64,000 nucleotides of DNA from an uncultured Bacteroidales bacterium (GCA_963757935.1 CAVWSZ010000002.1:823-64822), one strand, 5' to 3'; shown: positions 41,408 to 51,366, counted from the first letter of the stretch. Numbers and translations: made by a program. The notes: generated by a model not told the origin, from the sequence alone.

Positions 41408-41543
41408 CCCGCTGACAAATTGTTTACTGCATTCGGGTCTCAGAGGGTCGCGATGCTTTGAGGCTCATAAAAAAAGTTGATGTATACTGGCAGGTTTTCG
41501 CCTCATAATCCTGCACGACATCATACCATCAACCGTTAGCTGT
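41408..41543 (+). mobile_element. Degenerate attC-like recombination site A
   Basis: Starts a few nt after a stop codon with CCGCTGAC (inverse-core-like); internal inverted repeat TGAGGC/GCCTCA; ends with core GTTAGCTGT 42 nt before the next ATG. Confidence 0.5.
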
Positions 41544-41585
41544 CATGTGTTGCCCTGATTTGCAGATTACTGCTATATTTATAAA

Positions 41586-42317
41586 ATGAAGAAGACTACC
41601 TTTCTGATGTTGCTTGGATTTATGCAACTTGTCGGAAATTCACAGGAGTTAATAAAAATCTCCTCCGACTTAGAGTTATTAAAAATCTCAGAACATGCTT
41701 ACGTGCATGTTTCTTATACCACTCTGCCAAATTATGGAAGAATCTCCGCAAACGGTTTGATTTTGACTAATAATAATAGTGCTTTCCTATTTGATACACC
41801 CTGGACCGATTCTTTAACCTGTGTTTTAATATCATACCTTAATGATCAAATGAAGTTACAAATAACAGGTTTTATCCCTAACCATTGGCATGAAGACTGT
41901 ATGGGAGGTTTAAATTACCTTAAATCTCAAAAAATCAAGTCTTATGCAAATCAATTGACAATTGATATTGCAAAAAATAAGGGATTACCTGTTCCTGATC
42001 AGGGGTTTAAGGATTCATTGAGACTAAGTCTGGGAGATAAATTCATTTATTGTTATTTCTTTGGCGCTGCTCATTCATCAGATAACATTGTTGTCTGGAT
42101 ACCGTCTGAAGAAATTCTTTTTCCCGGATGCATGTGTAAAAGCCTGAACTCCGGTAATCTCGGTAACGTATCAGATGGCGATATTTCTGAATACCCAAAG
42201 ACAATCGATAAAGTAATTCAAAAATTTAAGTCTGCAAAAGTCGTAATTCCAGGTCATGGACCTATAGGTGGACCAGAGCTTCTGACTCATACAAAATCTT
42301 TAACTGTTCAATATTAA
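41586..42317 (+). CDS. Subclass B1 metallo-beta-lactamase, CfiA/CcrA-like
   Basis: Signal peptide; FIPNHWHEDCMGG (His116/His118/Asp120), AHSSDN (His196), GCMCK (Cys221, Lys224), GN, PGHG (His263); SYANQLTIDIAK.KGLPVP closely recalls CfiA. Confidence 0.9.
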   Translation: MKKTTFLMLLGFMQLVGNSQELIKISSDLELLKISEHAYVHVSYTTLPNYGRISANGLILTNNNSAFLFDTPWTDSLTCVLISYLNDQMKLQITGFIPNHWHEDCMGGLNYLKSQKIKSYANQLTIDIAKNKGLPVPDQGFKDSLRLSLGDKFIYCYFFGAAHSSDNIVVWIPSEEILFPGCMCKSLNSGNLGNVSDGDISEYPKTIDKVIQKFKSAKVVIPGHGPIGGPELLTHTKSLTVQY

Positions 42318-42330
42318 AAACAAAACACGA

Positions 42331-42519
42331 ACAGTTAACACGGACAATACGGCTAAGTTATTTGTCACACTTTTTGCTTTTACTCCTGCCGCCAGGACAG
42401 CTTTGTCATTGTATATGCACCCGGACACACGCAATACTCAAAAATATTTGTACCAGGATTGGTGCCCGGTGTTACGTCGGGTAACACGCACTTAATCAGG
42501 CTGCCGGTCAGTTATAACA
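42331..42519 (+). mobile_element. Degenerate attC-like site B
   Basis: ACAGTTAAC 13 nt after the MBL stop (8/9 complementary to GTTAGCTGT upstream of the gene); possible closing core GTTATAACA at 42511. Confidence 0.4.
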
Positions 42520-42727
42520 CATTTCCGTCAATTTTGTAATTGACATTTCAGCAGGATTAGGTTAATTTTGTAGTTAATGGTTATTGCTTATAATTAACTC
42601 TGACTGTCTATTTGAAAATAAAGGAGTTGCATTTGGGCAAAGTGCTTCAATACAGGCACTATCCATCCGGACTAGCTATTCCTTCAATGCTTTCAGGGAG
42701 TAATTCTGTTTAAAACACTCTTGGGGT

Positions 42728-43414
42728 ATGAAGACAGAAATCATCGCATTTAGCCTGGGTTTAACCAGTTGCTATCTGATCATTGGCAAAGAGATCGTAA
42801 TGGTTGATGCAGGTGGGCCACATAAATTGCATCAGTTCAAAAAAATACTTGCGAAAAATAGAATTGACCCGGCCCGCATTAAACTTATCGTCATTACTCA
42901 TTCGCATTTCGACCATTGTGGTTCAGCATGTGATATCAGGGATTTCACCGGGGCTAAAATCGCCATTCATGAAAGCGAAAGAGAATGTGTTGAGCATACC
43001 AAAGTGATGGTACCAAAAGGCGTAAACTGGAAAGGCAAAATCATAACACCGCTGATTTTCTCTGTCAAAGTCCCTTTCACTAAGTTCAGCCCGGATATTC
43101 TTCTGAATGATGAACCATACCCGCTGTCTGAATTTGGAATTGACGGGCATATCATTCACACGCCCGGGCACACTGTTGGCTCAGTCAGTGTAATTCTCAA
43201 TTCAGGAGAAGCATTCGTGGGTTGCATGGCACATAATGGATGGCCATTCCGTTTCAAGCCGGGATTACCCATTTTGGCTCAGGATATCAATGCCATAAAA
43301 GAAAACTGGAAAGTTCTGATAGACAGAGGTGTTACTTTTGTCTATCCCGGACATGGGAAACCTTTTCCGGTTGATGTCAATAAAAAGCGACTGGAATTTC
43401 CTTCAGCCAATTAA
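42728..43414 (+). CDS. Cytoplasmic MBL-fold hydrolase (glyoxalase II-like)
   Basis: VDAG, THSHFDHCG, HTPGHT, PGHG; no signal peptide; TAATTTTG promoter element at 42563. Confidence 0.85.
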   Translation: MKTEIIAFSLGLTSCYLIIGKEIVMVDAGGPHKLHQFKKILAKNRIDPARIKLIVITHSHFDHCGSACDIRDFTGAKIAIHESERECVEHTKVMVPKGVNWKGKIITPLIFSVKVPFTKFSPDILLNDEPYPLSEFGIDGHIIHTPGHTVGSVSVILNSGEAFVGCMAHNGWPFRFKPGLPILAQDINAIKENWKVLIDRGVTFVYPGHGKPFPVDVNKKRLEFPSAN

Positions 43415-43558
43415 TACAGCGACAAATGGATTAATCATTCAGTATAAACTTCAAACTATGGAATTGTGAGGATCTCTATCGCAGGTGCAAACACGTTGCA
43501 TATTCTCAGCTCCTGACAGCTTTAATTAAAAGTCAGAAAACAGAATAAATAATACGCT

Positions 43559-44498
43559 ATGAAAAATCTATCAACCACCAGTTACGGCAAACAACAGGTT
43601 TTATTCCTGTCATTCTTGTTTGCCGTATTGCCGTATGCTTTTTCACAAAATCAGCCCGCGCAGACTGATTTGAATGACCTACCCTTTGGTTACAATTCCT
43701 GGAACTGAAACCCGATCCTTGTATTCAAAGGTTCTGGGACAGGAAATGACACTTTACATTAAAATTCCTGCCAGTTATAAAATCAATACTCAGAAGATTT
43801 ACCCATGCTGGTATGTCACCGATGCGAATCTGTCATTTGCCATGATTGCAGATATGGCTAACTTTTTTGAAGTCCCAGTGATAGTTGAACCTGAACTTTT
43901 CATTGTGGGAATAGCATATAAGATCAGGGATATGGGCGACTGGGGAGCATGGAGGACAAGAGATTTAACTCCGACAAATATTCCTTCGATGGATACATAC
44001 TGGGCGGGTGTCTTCTCAAAATTTGCAGGCAGGCAGGTTGAAGTTAAGACCGGTGGTTCTGCAAAATTCCTGGAATTTATTGAAAAAGAGGTTTTCCCGT
44101 TTATGGAATCAAATTATCGCGTTTCTTCAACTGGCAGAGGGCTGGGCGGTTATTCCTACGGAGGTTTGTTTTCGTTATATGTGTTATTTAAGCAACCTGA
44201 GCTTTTCACCATTTACTATGCCGGCAGCCCTTCTATAAAATACGACAAGGGGGTTCTTTACACTTATGAACAAGAATACGCATCGACGCATAAGGACTTA
44301 AACGCAAAACTTTTCATGACTGCAGGAGGTGCAGAAGATTCTACTATGATCGCAAACGTAAAAAAAATGGCCGCTCAACTGGAGTCAAGGAATTATCCTG
44401 GTTTAATTGTAGAAACTCAGGTTTTTCCTGATGAGACACACCAGACCTGCATTCCATCAGCTCTTATGAGAGCATTCATGGTCCTCTATAAAAAGTAA
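43559..44498 (+). CDS. Exported IroE-like alpha/beta-hydrolase (frameshift near 43670)
   Basis: Signal-peptide frame from ATG 43559 (..FLFAVLPYAFSQ); RTRDLTP, GYSYGG, GSPS, ETH. Confidence 0.8.
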
Positions 44499-44534
44499 AA
44501 TATTCTGTCCTATGAAACGACACTATTGAGGTAA

Positions 44535-44820
44535 CACCGGAAAAATACCCAATTTTGCATCGAAGGGAAAAGGGGACTTACAGATGCTCTTACCTTCAAT
44601 ATGAAAAAGGGGAGACATTATTGCTTATGGAGGTGCAACCTTTGTTTCTGCCTTAATCAGGCTGGGACTTATTGACGACTATCATTTATTTATTAATCCA
44701 TCTGCTATTGGCAGCGCAATGTCAATTTTCAGGGAAGTTGACAACAGACAAAATCTGACATTTATAAAATCTGAATCATTTGATTGTGGGATAGTTGTTT
44801 TGCAATATAAACCGGGTTAA
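44535..44820 (+). pseudogene. 3' remnant of a dihydrofolate reductase-like (RibD C-terminal domain) gene
   Basis: Frame not in the ORF track reads GDIIAYGGATFVSALIRLGLIDDYHLFINPSAIGSAMSIF..FDCGIVVLQYKPG*; 5' half absent. Confidence 0.75.
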
Positions 44821-44920
44821 TATTATAACTATGCACGACTGCAAGTCTCGGGACATTTATAGTTAAGCGGAGCAGCCTGCCACGAGCCGCAACAAATTGT
44901 ATTTAAATTTGTTATAGGGG
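44821..44920 (+). mobile_element. Degenerate attC-like site C
   Basis: TTATAAC right after the DHFR-remnant stop and GTTATAG(GGG) 35 nt before the cupin ATG; TATAAC and GTTATA are complementary. Confidence 0.4.
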
Positions 44921-44945
44921 AATAATCCACTTATAAACGAAGGCT

Positions 44946-45512
44946 ATGAGACGCGGGAGATTTATTTTAACAACTATTTCGACCCTGATATTTCCTTTTC
45001 TTTCCGAATCATTTGGATCAGACATTCAAAATATCCAAAAAGGGTTTAAAATCAGGTCAGGTGAATCGAGAACCGGGAAACATTTAAAAATGAAAGGAGT
45101 AACTTTAAATGTGCTTGATTTGAAGGTATCATCAAAAGATACAAATGGAAATTTATCGGTCTTCGAGCAGATTGGGTTTACTCCCAAGGGCGGTCCCCCT
45201 CTGCACATTCATCCGTATCAGGATGAGTATTTCTATGTTTTGGAAGGCGAATACCAATTTCAGGTAGATCAGGAAAAATATAATTTAAGCCCCGGAGACA
45301 CTATATTCCTGCCAAGGAACATACAGCATGCTTTCATTCAATTGTCTGAAAAAGCAAGGGTATTGGTTTCATACACTCCGGCCGGTAAAATGGAAAGTTT
45401 TTTTGAAATAACAGACTCGTGGACTACTCCTCCCGGTGAAGACCTGATCAAAAAGACATTCAGCGATCATGATATGAATGTTGTAGGGCCAGCTTTGAAA
45501 TATTCTGACTAA
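44946..45512 (+). CDS. Cupin-domain protein (quercetinase-like) with a possible Tat signal
   Basis: MRRGRF twin-Arg start; GGPPLHIHPYQDEYFYVLEG; PRNIQHAF. Confidence 0.8.
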   Translation: MRRGRFILTTISTLIFPFLSESFGSDIQNIQKGFKIRSGESRTGKHLKMKGVTLNVLDLKVSSKDTNGNLSVFEQIGFTPKGGPPLHIHPYQDEYFYVLEGEYQFQVDQEKYNLSPGDTIFLPRNIQHAFIQLSEKARVLVSYTPAGKMESFFEITDSWTTPPGEDLIKKTFSDHDMNVVGPALKYSD

Positions 45513-45516
45513 AGAT

Positions 45517-45562
45517 GACCCTCAGACCTTCAGACCTCAGACCTTCAGACCTCAGACCCTCA
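45517..45562. repeat. Short tandem 7-8-mers of GACC(T/C)TCA type, between convergent genes
   Basis: GACCCTCA GACCTTCA GACCTCA GACCTTCA GACCTCA GACCCTCA. Confidence 0.85.
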
Positions 45563-45578
45563 TACTGTCAGCCCTCTT

Positions 45579-48260
45579 TTACCTCCTTGATATCTTCCCG
45601 GAGCCGTGTATACAAGTCCCATCCGAAGTAACACCTTCAATAACAACAGAATATGTTGTCGGAGAATCAGCGGTATAGAAATCGAACATTGCCTCTCCCG
45701 ATGATGACACAGTAACATTCGGATTCCAGTAAATGGTTGTCCGCAGATCTGCCTGCCTGTTTTCACGCAGTTCGGGGGTGTCATAACGGGGAGAATAAAA
45801 CAGGTCTGGCTTCTGATAACCCAGGGGTGTGATTTTACGTATATTGTATTTTGGGGCATTATCATAAGTCTGATAACCTGTCTTTGTCGTTATCACTATA
45901 GCTCCTCCTGCGCCGTCGCCACCCAGAAGAGTTGCCTGAGCACCCTTCAGGACTCCTATTCTCTCGATATTGGATGGGTCAATAATATTGTCGATATCAT
46001 AATCCTGAATAATTAAGTCATCAATAATAAGGGCTGCATAATTGTACGAGGGTCCGCCAGGTAACCGGTAGCTCATCCTCCCCAGGATGACTTTCCTTTG
46101 TCCAAATTCATCGGTTACCAGGTCCACATGAGGTATATATTTTAAGAGATCAGAGACATTTGAAGGCTGGTAAGCCTCTATCTCTTCCGAAGTCATGATT
46201 TCCGGACTGTTTTTTGGCATATAGTATGAAAACCTGTAATCTTTTTCACCGGGTGCCTTTCCGGTTATCACCACCTCTTCGATATAAATGGTCCTCATGC
46301 CATTTTCTATAGTGTATTTTGTGTCAGCTTTGGAAACATAACTGCTCAGGTGTTTCTCCTCCGGCCGGTTTTCAAATTCCGGAACTACCAGGGGTGGCAG
46401 AGCTGATACCCGTGGAAATTTATCAGGTTCAATCAGTAATTCAATCCCCTTGCTGCCCTTTTTATCCAGTGCCTGAAGGATGAATGACGAACTGTCAGGA
46501 AACTCGATTCCGTTAAATGCGAAGCGGCCGTTAAGGTCTGTCGCGGTCTCGTCGTAATATCCTGCCTCCCATGAAAAGATTGCAACAAGTCCCTCTGCAA
46601 CAGGTTTTCCCCTCACCATGCTTCTGGTCCGGCCTTTGATTTCCATGCCGTATCTTTCAGGATATACAGGGGTTGTAAATTTACCATTTACGGCATCGGG
46701 GATATTATAACGCCTCCAACCGTTTGTCAGCATAAGCAGATCGAGAGCCTCCGCAGCCTCCGGATTATTCTCCCGGAAATAGTAGGCCGGGTTGTTGATA
46801 TAACCTTTAAGATCGGATGTCAACAGCAAATTGGTCAGTATTGATGCCGACGAATCGGGTTTTATATCATTATCGTCTGTAACGGATACGGAAAATGTTC
46901 CTTCCCGGGGAATTCCGTTGATGTCGGTAATTTTCACACCGGCATTAACTTTCTGGCGCGATTTATAGTTCTGCAGGTCAGTGTTGAGTTCAACATGTGC
47001 CTGGTCATTGTTAAGGCAGAATACAAGCCGTTCGCTTAGCGGGTTCATATTACAGTCAAAAAGGATGATCTGCATCACGCCTGACGGAAACTTATCGGTA
47101 TCGAACATGATGCTGCTGTAATCAGGATCCCACGGAGCTGCGTAGAGAACTATTCCCCTGGTGTGGAGTAAAAGGAAAAGCGGACACTCTTCCTGTATGT
47201 CAGTTGATTTCAGCACTGAAACATAGAGATTGTTTTTTACAGTCTCCGTGCTGATTGAATACATATCACTGGCTGCTTCCGGCAATTCAAATCGTTTTTC
47301 ATGCCCCTGCTCATCTGTGCAGATCGCATAGTATTTTTCTCCCTCTTTTGCTACAATTGAAAAGAGGCCCATGCCGTCGTGTGTAGTTTTGACCTGTCCG
47401 TATTCAAAGCCGTTGCCATTAACAATTTTGACGGTGACATTTTCCGGCAGGCCTCTTGAATTTAAGGCTTTAAAGGCAACTGTACACGGCACACCTTGCA
47501 GCATATAGCCGCCTTCAGGGTAGAATGTGACTTCAAAGTCATCTGTCGGATATGGTATTGGAAAGAGCCTGGTGCCCTTAACGGTTTCAACGGTCAATAC
47601 CCTGGGGGTGGTTTCCGCAGGAAGGCGGAAAGAGAAATGAACCATTGTATCATTGCCGGTTTTAACCTCGCTGGCGGGCTGATCATTGACCCTGATTTTC
47701 AATTGGTCATACTTTATTTTCTTTCTGGTAATGATATCGGAAAAACTCACTTCGGCAGTCAGCCTGTCGTCCCTGTCAAATATGAATTCAGCTTCTGATT
47801 TAATTGATGCCGACAGCGGGCTGATTATCCGGATATACTTCCTGAAAAAGAAGTCTTCGCCCAGGTTCTGCATGTAATCAGTATAACCGCAGAGAGTGTA
47901 GTCACCTTCAGGCAGGTTCTCATCCAACGGGATATAGCCGCTGAAAGCACCCTGATCCTGTCTGATTTTTAAACGGTTGACTACGGAATCCAGTGGATTG
48001 ATCAGTTCGACGTAGACATACTTGTTTGCCAGTGGTTTATGGAGTACTGCGTCTACCAGCCAGGCTCTGAACCAGACAGTCTCGCCTGAAATATATAGCG
48101 GTTTATCGGTCTGGAGGTATAATTTTTCCTGAGGGAATATGACTATCTGTTCGACAATATTACTCAATACAGAATCCTTTGCCTGCGTGACATTGACCTG
48201 GCAGTGTGAATATTGGGAGAGCAGAAGGGATAAGGATAAGAAGAAGATACTTTTTTTCAT
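45579..48260 (-). CDS. Large exported Bacteroidota protein with macroglobulin-like N-terminus and TonB-receptor plug-like domain
   Basis: QEKLYLQTDKP.Y..GETVWF, FYPEGG, LDLLMLTNGWRRY, IERIGVLKG..GGAIVITTK, DLRTTIYWNP. Confidence 0.75.
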   Translation of the reverse strand: MKKSIFFLSLSLLLSQYSHCQVNVTQAKDSVLSNIVEQIVIFPQEKLYLQTDKPLYISGETVWFRAWLVDAVLHKPLANKYVYVELINPLDSVVNRLKIRQDQGAFSGYIPLDENLPEGDYTLCGYTDYMQNLGEDFFFRKYIRIISPLSASIKSEAEFIFDRDDRLTAEVSFSDIITRKKIKYDQLKIRVNDQPASEVKTGNDTMVHFSFRLPAETTPRVLTVETVKGTRLFPIPYPTDDFEVTFYPEGGYMLQGVPCTVAFKALNSRGLPENVTVKIVNGNGFEYGQVKTTHDGMGLFSIVAKEGEKYYAICTDEQGHEKRFELPEAASDMYSISTETVKNNLYVSVLKSTDIQEECPLFLLLHTRGIVLYAAPWDPDYSSIMFDTDKFPSGVMQIILFDCNMNPLSERLVFCLNNDQAHVELNTDLQNYKSRQKVNAGVKITDINGIPREGTFSVSVTDDNDIKPDSSASILTNLLLTSDLKGYINNPAYYFRENNPEAAEALDLLMLTNGWRRYNIPDAVNGKFTTPVYPERYGMEIKGRTRSMVRGKPVAEGLVAIFSWEAGYYDETATDLNGRFAFNGIEFPDSSSFILQALDKKGSKGIELLIEPDKFPRVSALPPLVVPEFENRPEEKHLSSYVSKADTKYTIENGMRTIYIEEVVITGKAPGEKDYRFSYYMPKNSPEIMTSEEIEAYQPSNVSDLLKYIPHVDLVTDEFGQRKVILGRMSYRLPGGPSYNYAALIIDDLIIQDYDIDNIIDPSNIERIGVLKGAQATLLGGDGAGGAIVITTKTGYQTYDNAPKYNIRKITPLGYQKPDLFYSPRYDTPELRENRQADLRTTIYWNPNVTVSSSGEAMFDFYTADSPTTYSVVIEGVTSDGTCIHGSGKISRR

Positions 48261-48649
48261 TCAAGGATTGTTCTATGGCCGGGACACCGGAACTTTGGCA
48301 GCATTGGTAGTCTGATTAATGAGGGTCTGCAATTTTGTCTTACCCCCCCCTTATAAGTTGGGCAGATTTATCAAATGAAGATAGTACTTTTCACATTATT
48401 TTCATTCATCATCCGATAATCAAAGTTAGCCGTATCTCCGGATTTACCGTCTGAGGGTATCCTGTAATATCCAACCACAACACGGCTATTGCCAAAATTG
48501 TTTCTTTTTCGATACCTCTTATGAGATTGGTGTTATAACCGAAATAACAGGTATAACTGAAGAAGGCATAGATCAAATTCAAAAGATAAAAAATTACTAA
48601 TCAAAGGAAGATTTGTTCCGGGCCAACTTCGCAGATTTTTTGGAGAATT

Positions 48650-48698
48650 TTTATAAAGCCTTTATACACTGGTGGTAGTTTCTTATAAAATCCTTAAT
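48650..48698 (+). promoter_or_regulatory. Putative KdpE (OmpR-family) operator
   Basis: TTTATA-N5-TTTATA (48650, 48661) and CTTATA-N5-CTTAAT (48682, 48693), 11-bp periodicity, upstream of kdpF. Confidence 0.55.
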
Positions 48699-48738
48699 AA
48701 ATCAGGTGCAATTTTGTATCGGAATTAAATCATCAGAT

Positions 48739-48876
48739 ATGAAGACACCATTTTTAACATTATTATCCTCTTCCGTTGAGCCGGATCTTTCCCCGGCCTA
48801 TCTTATCGCAGCTATAATCGCACTGTTAATTCTCGGATACCTTTTTTTTACATTAATTAAACCTGAGAAATTTTAG
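48739..48876 (+). CDS. kdpF: K+-transporting ATPase subunit F (45 aa, absent from the ORF track)
   Basis: MKTPFLTLLSSSVEPDLSPAYLIAAIIALLILGYLFFTLIKPEKF*; the YL...L..PEKF end is the KdpF signature. Confidence 0.85.
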   Translation: MKTPFLTLLSSSVEPDLSPAYLIAAIIALLILGYLFFTLIKPEKF

Positions 48877-48879
48877 GTT

Positions 48880-49662
48880 ATGAAATCTGAAAGAGGTTTA
48901 ATTATAGCAATATTCTGTTTCTTTTATATAACAACAGGTTTCATAAACGCACAAAAGGATGAAAAGACAACATCATTTAAAGTGACAGCAGATTTGGTCA
49001 GTAATTATGTTTGGCGTGGTTCACTGGCAACCGTAAGTCCAACTCCTGATTTCCAGCCGACTTTAGCTTATATTATTGGTAATCTAGAGATTGGGGTATG
49101 GGGATCAACAGATTTTACCGGAAGTTATAAAGAATTAGACCCATATATTTCTTACACGGCAGGTAAGATTAAACTGGGATTAACAGATTATAACTGGAAT
49201 TTTTCCCGGGCTAATTACTTCAATTATAGGAGTAGCGAAACCGGTCACAGGCTTGAAGGTACAATTGGTTTTTCGGGAAATGAGATAATTCCTGTTACAG
49301 TAACCTGGAATTCAATAATTTATGGATTTGATAAGGATACTTCTGATTCCACCAGGCAAGCCTATTCAACCTATATTGAACTGGGATATACAAGGGGAGT
49401 TGCCAGTTTCTTTTTTGGATTTACTCCATGGGCAGGCTATTACAATAATTATGGCTCTACAAGTTTTGATCCCGGGACTGCAAAAAAGTCATTTTCTATT
49501 GTCAATGTCGGTGTCAGCGCTACTAAGGGATTGAAGATCAGTGAAACTTATTCTGTGCCGTTAAAGGCCACACTGGTCGTTAATCCTGCTGCTACTTATT
49601 CCAGGGATGATTTTGTTCATCTCTGTTTTTGTAATAACACTCTGAAAAAATACACTGTATGA
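48880..49662 (+). CDS. Putative outer-membrane beta-barrel/porin (TorF-like); 3' end probably frameshifted
   Basis: Signal peptide, ADLVSNYVWRG, IGVWGS, ELDPYISY, amphipathic beta-strands. Confidence 0.7.
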   Translation: MKSERGLIIAIFCFFYITTGFINAQKDEKTTSFKVTADLVSNYVWRGSLATVSPTPDFQPTLAYIIGNLEIGVWGSTDFTGSYKELDPYISYTAGKIKLGLTDYNWNFSRANYFNYRSSETGHRLEGTIGFSGNEIIPVTVTWNSIIYGFDKDTSDSTRQAYSTYIELGYTRGVASFFFGFTPWAGYYNNYGSTSFDPGTAKKSFSIVNVGVSATKGLKISETYSVPLKATLVVNPAATYSRDDFVHLCFCNNTLKKYTV

Positions 49663-51354
49663 AAACTCTGGATTTTGTTCAGATATTTCTGTTCTTAGGT
49701 TTATTAATTGCCTTAACTCCATTGTTGGGCAAATACATGAGTAAAGTTTTTTCAGGAGAAAAACATTTCATGTTACCTGTTTTCGGTTGGCTCGAAAAGT
49801 TAACATATAAATTCACCGGAGTCAGATCCGATGAAGAAACAAACTGGAAATCATATACTTTCGGTTTGCTTATGTTTAATCTTATTGGGATTTTTTTTGT
49901 ATTTCTGATTCAGATTTTTCAGGCATATTTACCTTAAATCCTGCAAATCTTCCCAATGTTTCATGGCATTCTGCTTTCAATACAGCAGTAAGTTTTGTGA
50001 CCAATACCAACTGGCAGGGATATGCCGGTGAAACAACACTGAGTTACTTCGTGCAAATGATTGGACTTACTGTGCAGAATTTTGTAAGTGCAGCAACCGG
50101 AATAGCTGTTATTACTGGCTCTTATAAGAGGTATTTCCCGAAAAACCACCGATAAACTTGGTAATTTCTGGACAGATCTTACACGCTCAACTTTGTATAT
50201 TCTTTTACCGCTTTCAATTATTTTTGCTATTGTATTGGTTGGTCAGGGTGTTGTTCAGAATTTTAAAGCATATGAAACAGTTCAAACTTTACAGGGAGCA
50301 CAACAGGTAATTCCAATGGGACCTGCAGCTTCGCAAATTGCTATTAAACAATTGGGAACAAACGGAGGTGGATTTTTTAATGCCAACAGTTCACATCCTT
50401 TCGAAAATCCAACTCCATTCAGCAATTTTCTCGAAATGCTGGCTATATTGCTTATTCCGGCTGCATTAACATTTACTTATGGTAAAATGGTTGGTTCAAC
50501 ACGACAGGGTTGGACAATTTTTACTGCTATGCTGATTTTATTTGTTGCAGGATTAAGTATTTCACTTATATGCTGAATATTCAGCTAATCCAATTTTCGG
50601 ACATTTACCCCTTGATGGAAGGCAAGGAAACCCGTTTTGGAATTACAAACAGTATACTCTTGGTCAGTCACCACCACTGCAGCTTCCTAATGGTTCAGTA
50701 AATGCCATGCACGATAGTCTTTCACCATTGCAGGAATGATAGCCTATGATAAATATTATGCTGGGTGAAATTATTTTCGGTGGTGTAGGAGCAGGATTAT
50801 ATGGTATGGTATATTTATTATTCTTACTGTATTTATTGCCGGATTGATGGTTGGACGCACACCTGAATACCTGGGTAAAAAAATTGAGGCATTTGAAGTT
50901 CAAATGGCCATTATTGCCGTTCTTGCACCAAATATTGTAATACAGCTATTTCACTGCATGGGCTTCGGTAAGCAGTTCTGGTTTATCGAGTCTTAATAAT
51001 GCAGGTCCTCATGGTTTTTCCGAAATTCTTTATGCTTATAGTTCAGCTGCCGGAAACAATGGCAGTGCTTTTGCCGGGTTAAATGCAAATACGGTGTTTT
51101 ACAATCTGACTCTTGGTATTGGAATGCTGATTGGCCGTTTTGGAGTTATTATTCCGGTACTGGCAATAGCCGGAAACATGGCAAAAAAGAAAATTACTCC
51201 ACTTTCGGCTGGTACATTCCGCACCGACAATTGGTTGTTTATCGGTTTACTAATTGCAGTTATTCTTATTGTTGGCGGATTAACACATTTCCCTGCTTTA
51301 TCACTTGGCCCGTTAGTTGAACATTTGCTAATGAATAATGGAATAACCTTTTAA
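49659..51354 (+). CDS. kdpA: K+-transporting ATPase subunit A (multiple frameshifts)
   Basis: [61 protein letters not shown] in shifting frames. Confidence 0.9.
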
Positions 51355-51366
51355 TTTTTAAATAAA

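Noticed and set aside
42728-43414. Second MBL-fold gene as another beta-lactamase
   Set aside because: It has an HxHxDH motif and no signal peptide, which fits a generic cytoplasmic hydrolase.
35537-45562. Short repeats as a CRISPR array
   Set aside because: Units are 7-16 bp, either contiguous or irregularly spaced, with no uniform spacers, and no cas genes are present.
48343-48350. C8 tract upstream of the macroglobulin/plug gene as a phase-variation switch
   Set aside because: It is short, not clearly inside a promoter spacer, and homopolymer length is unreliable in this assembly.
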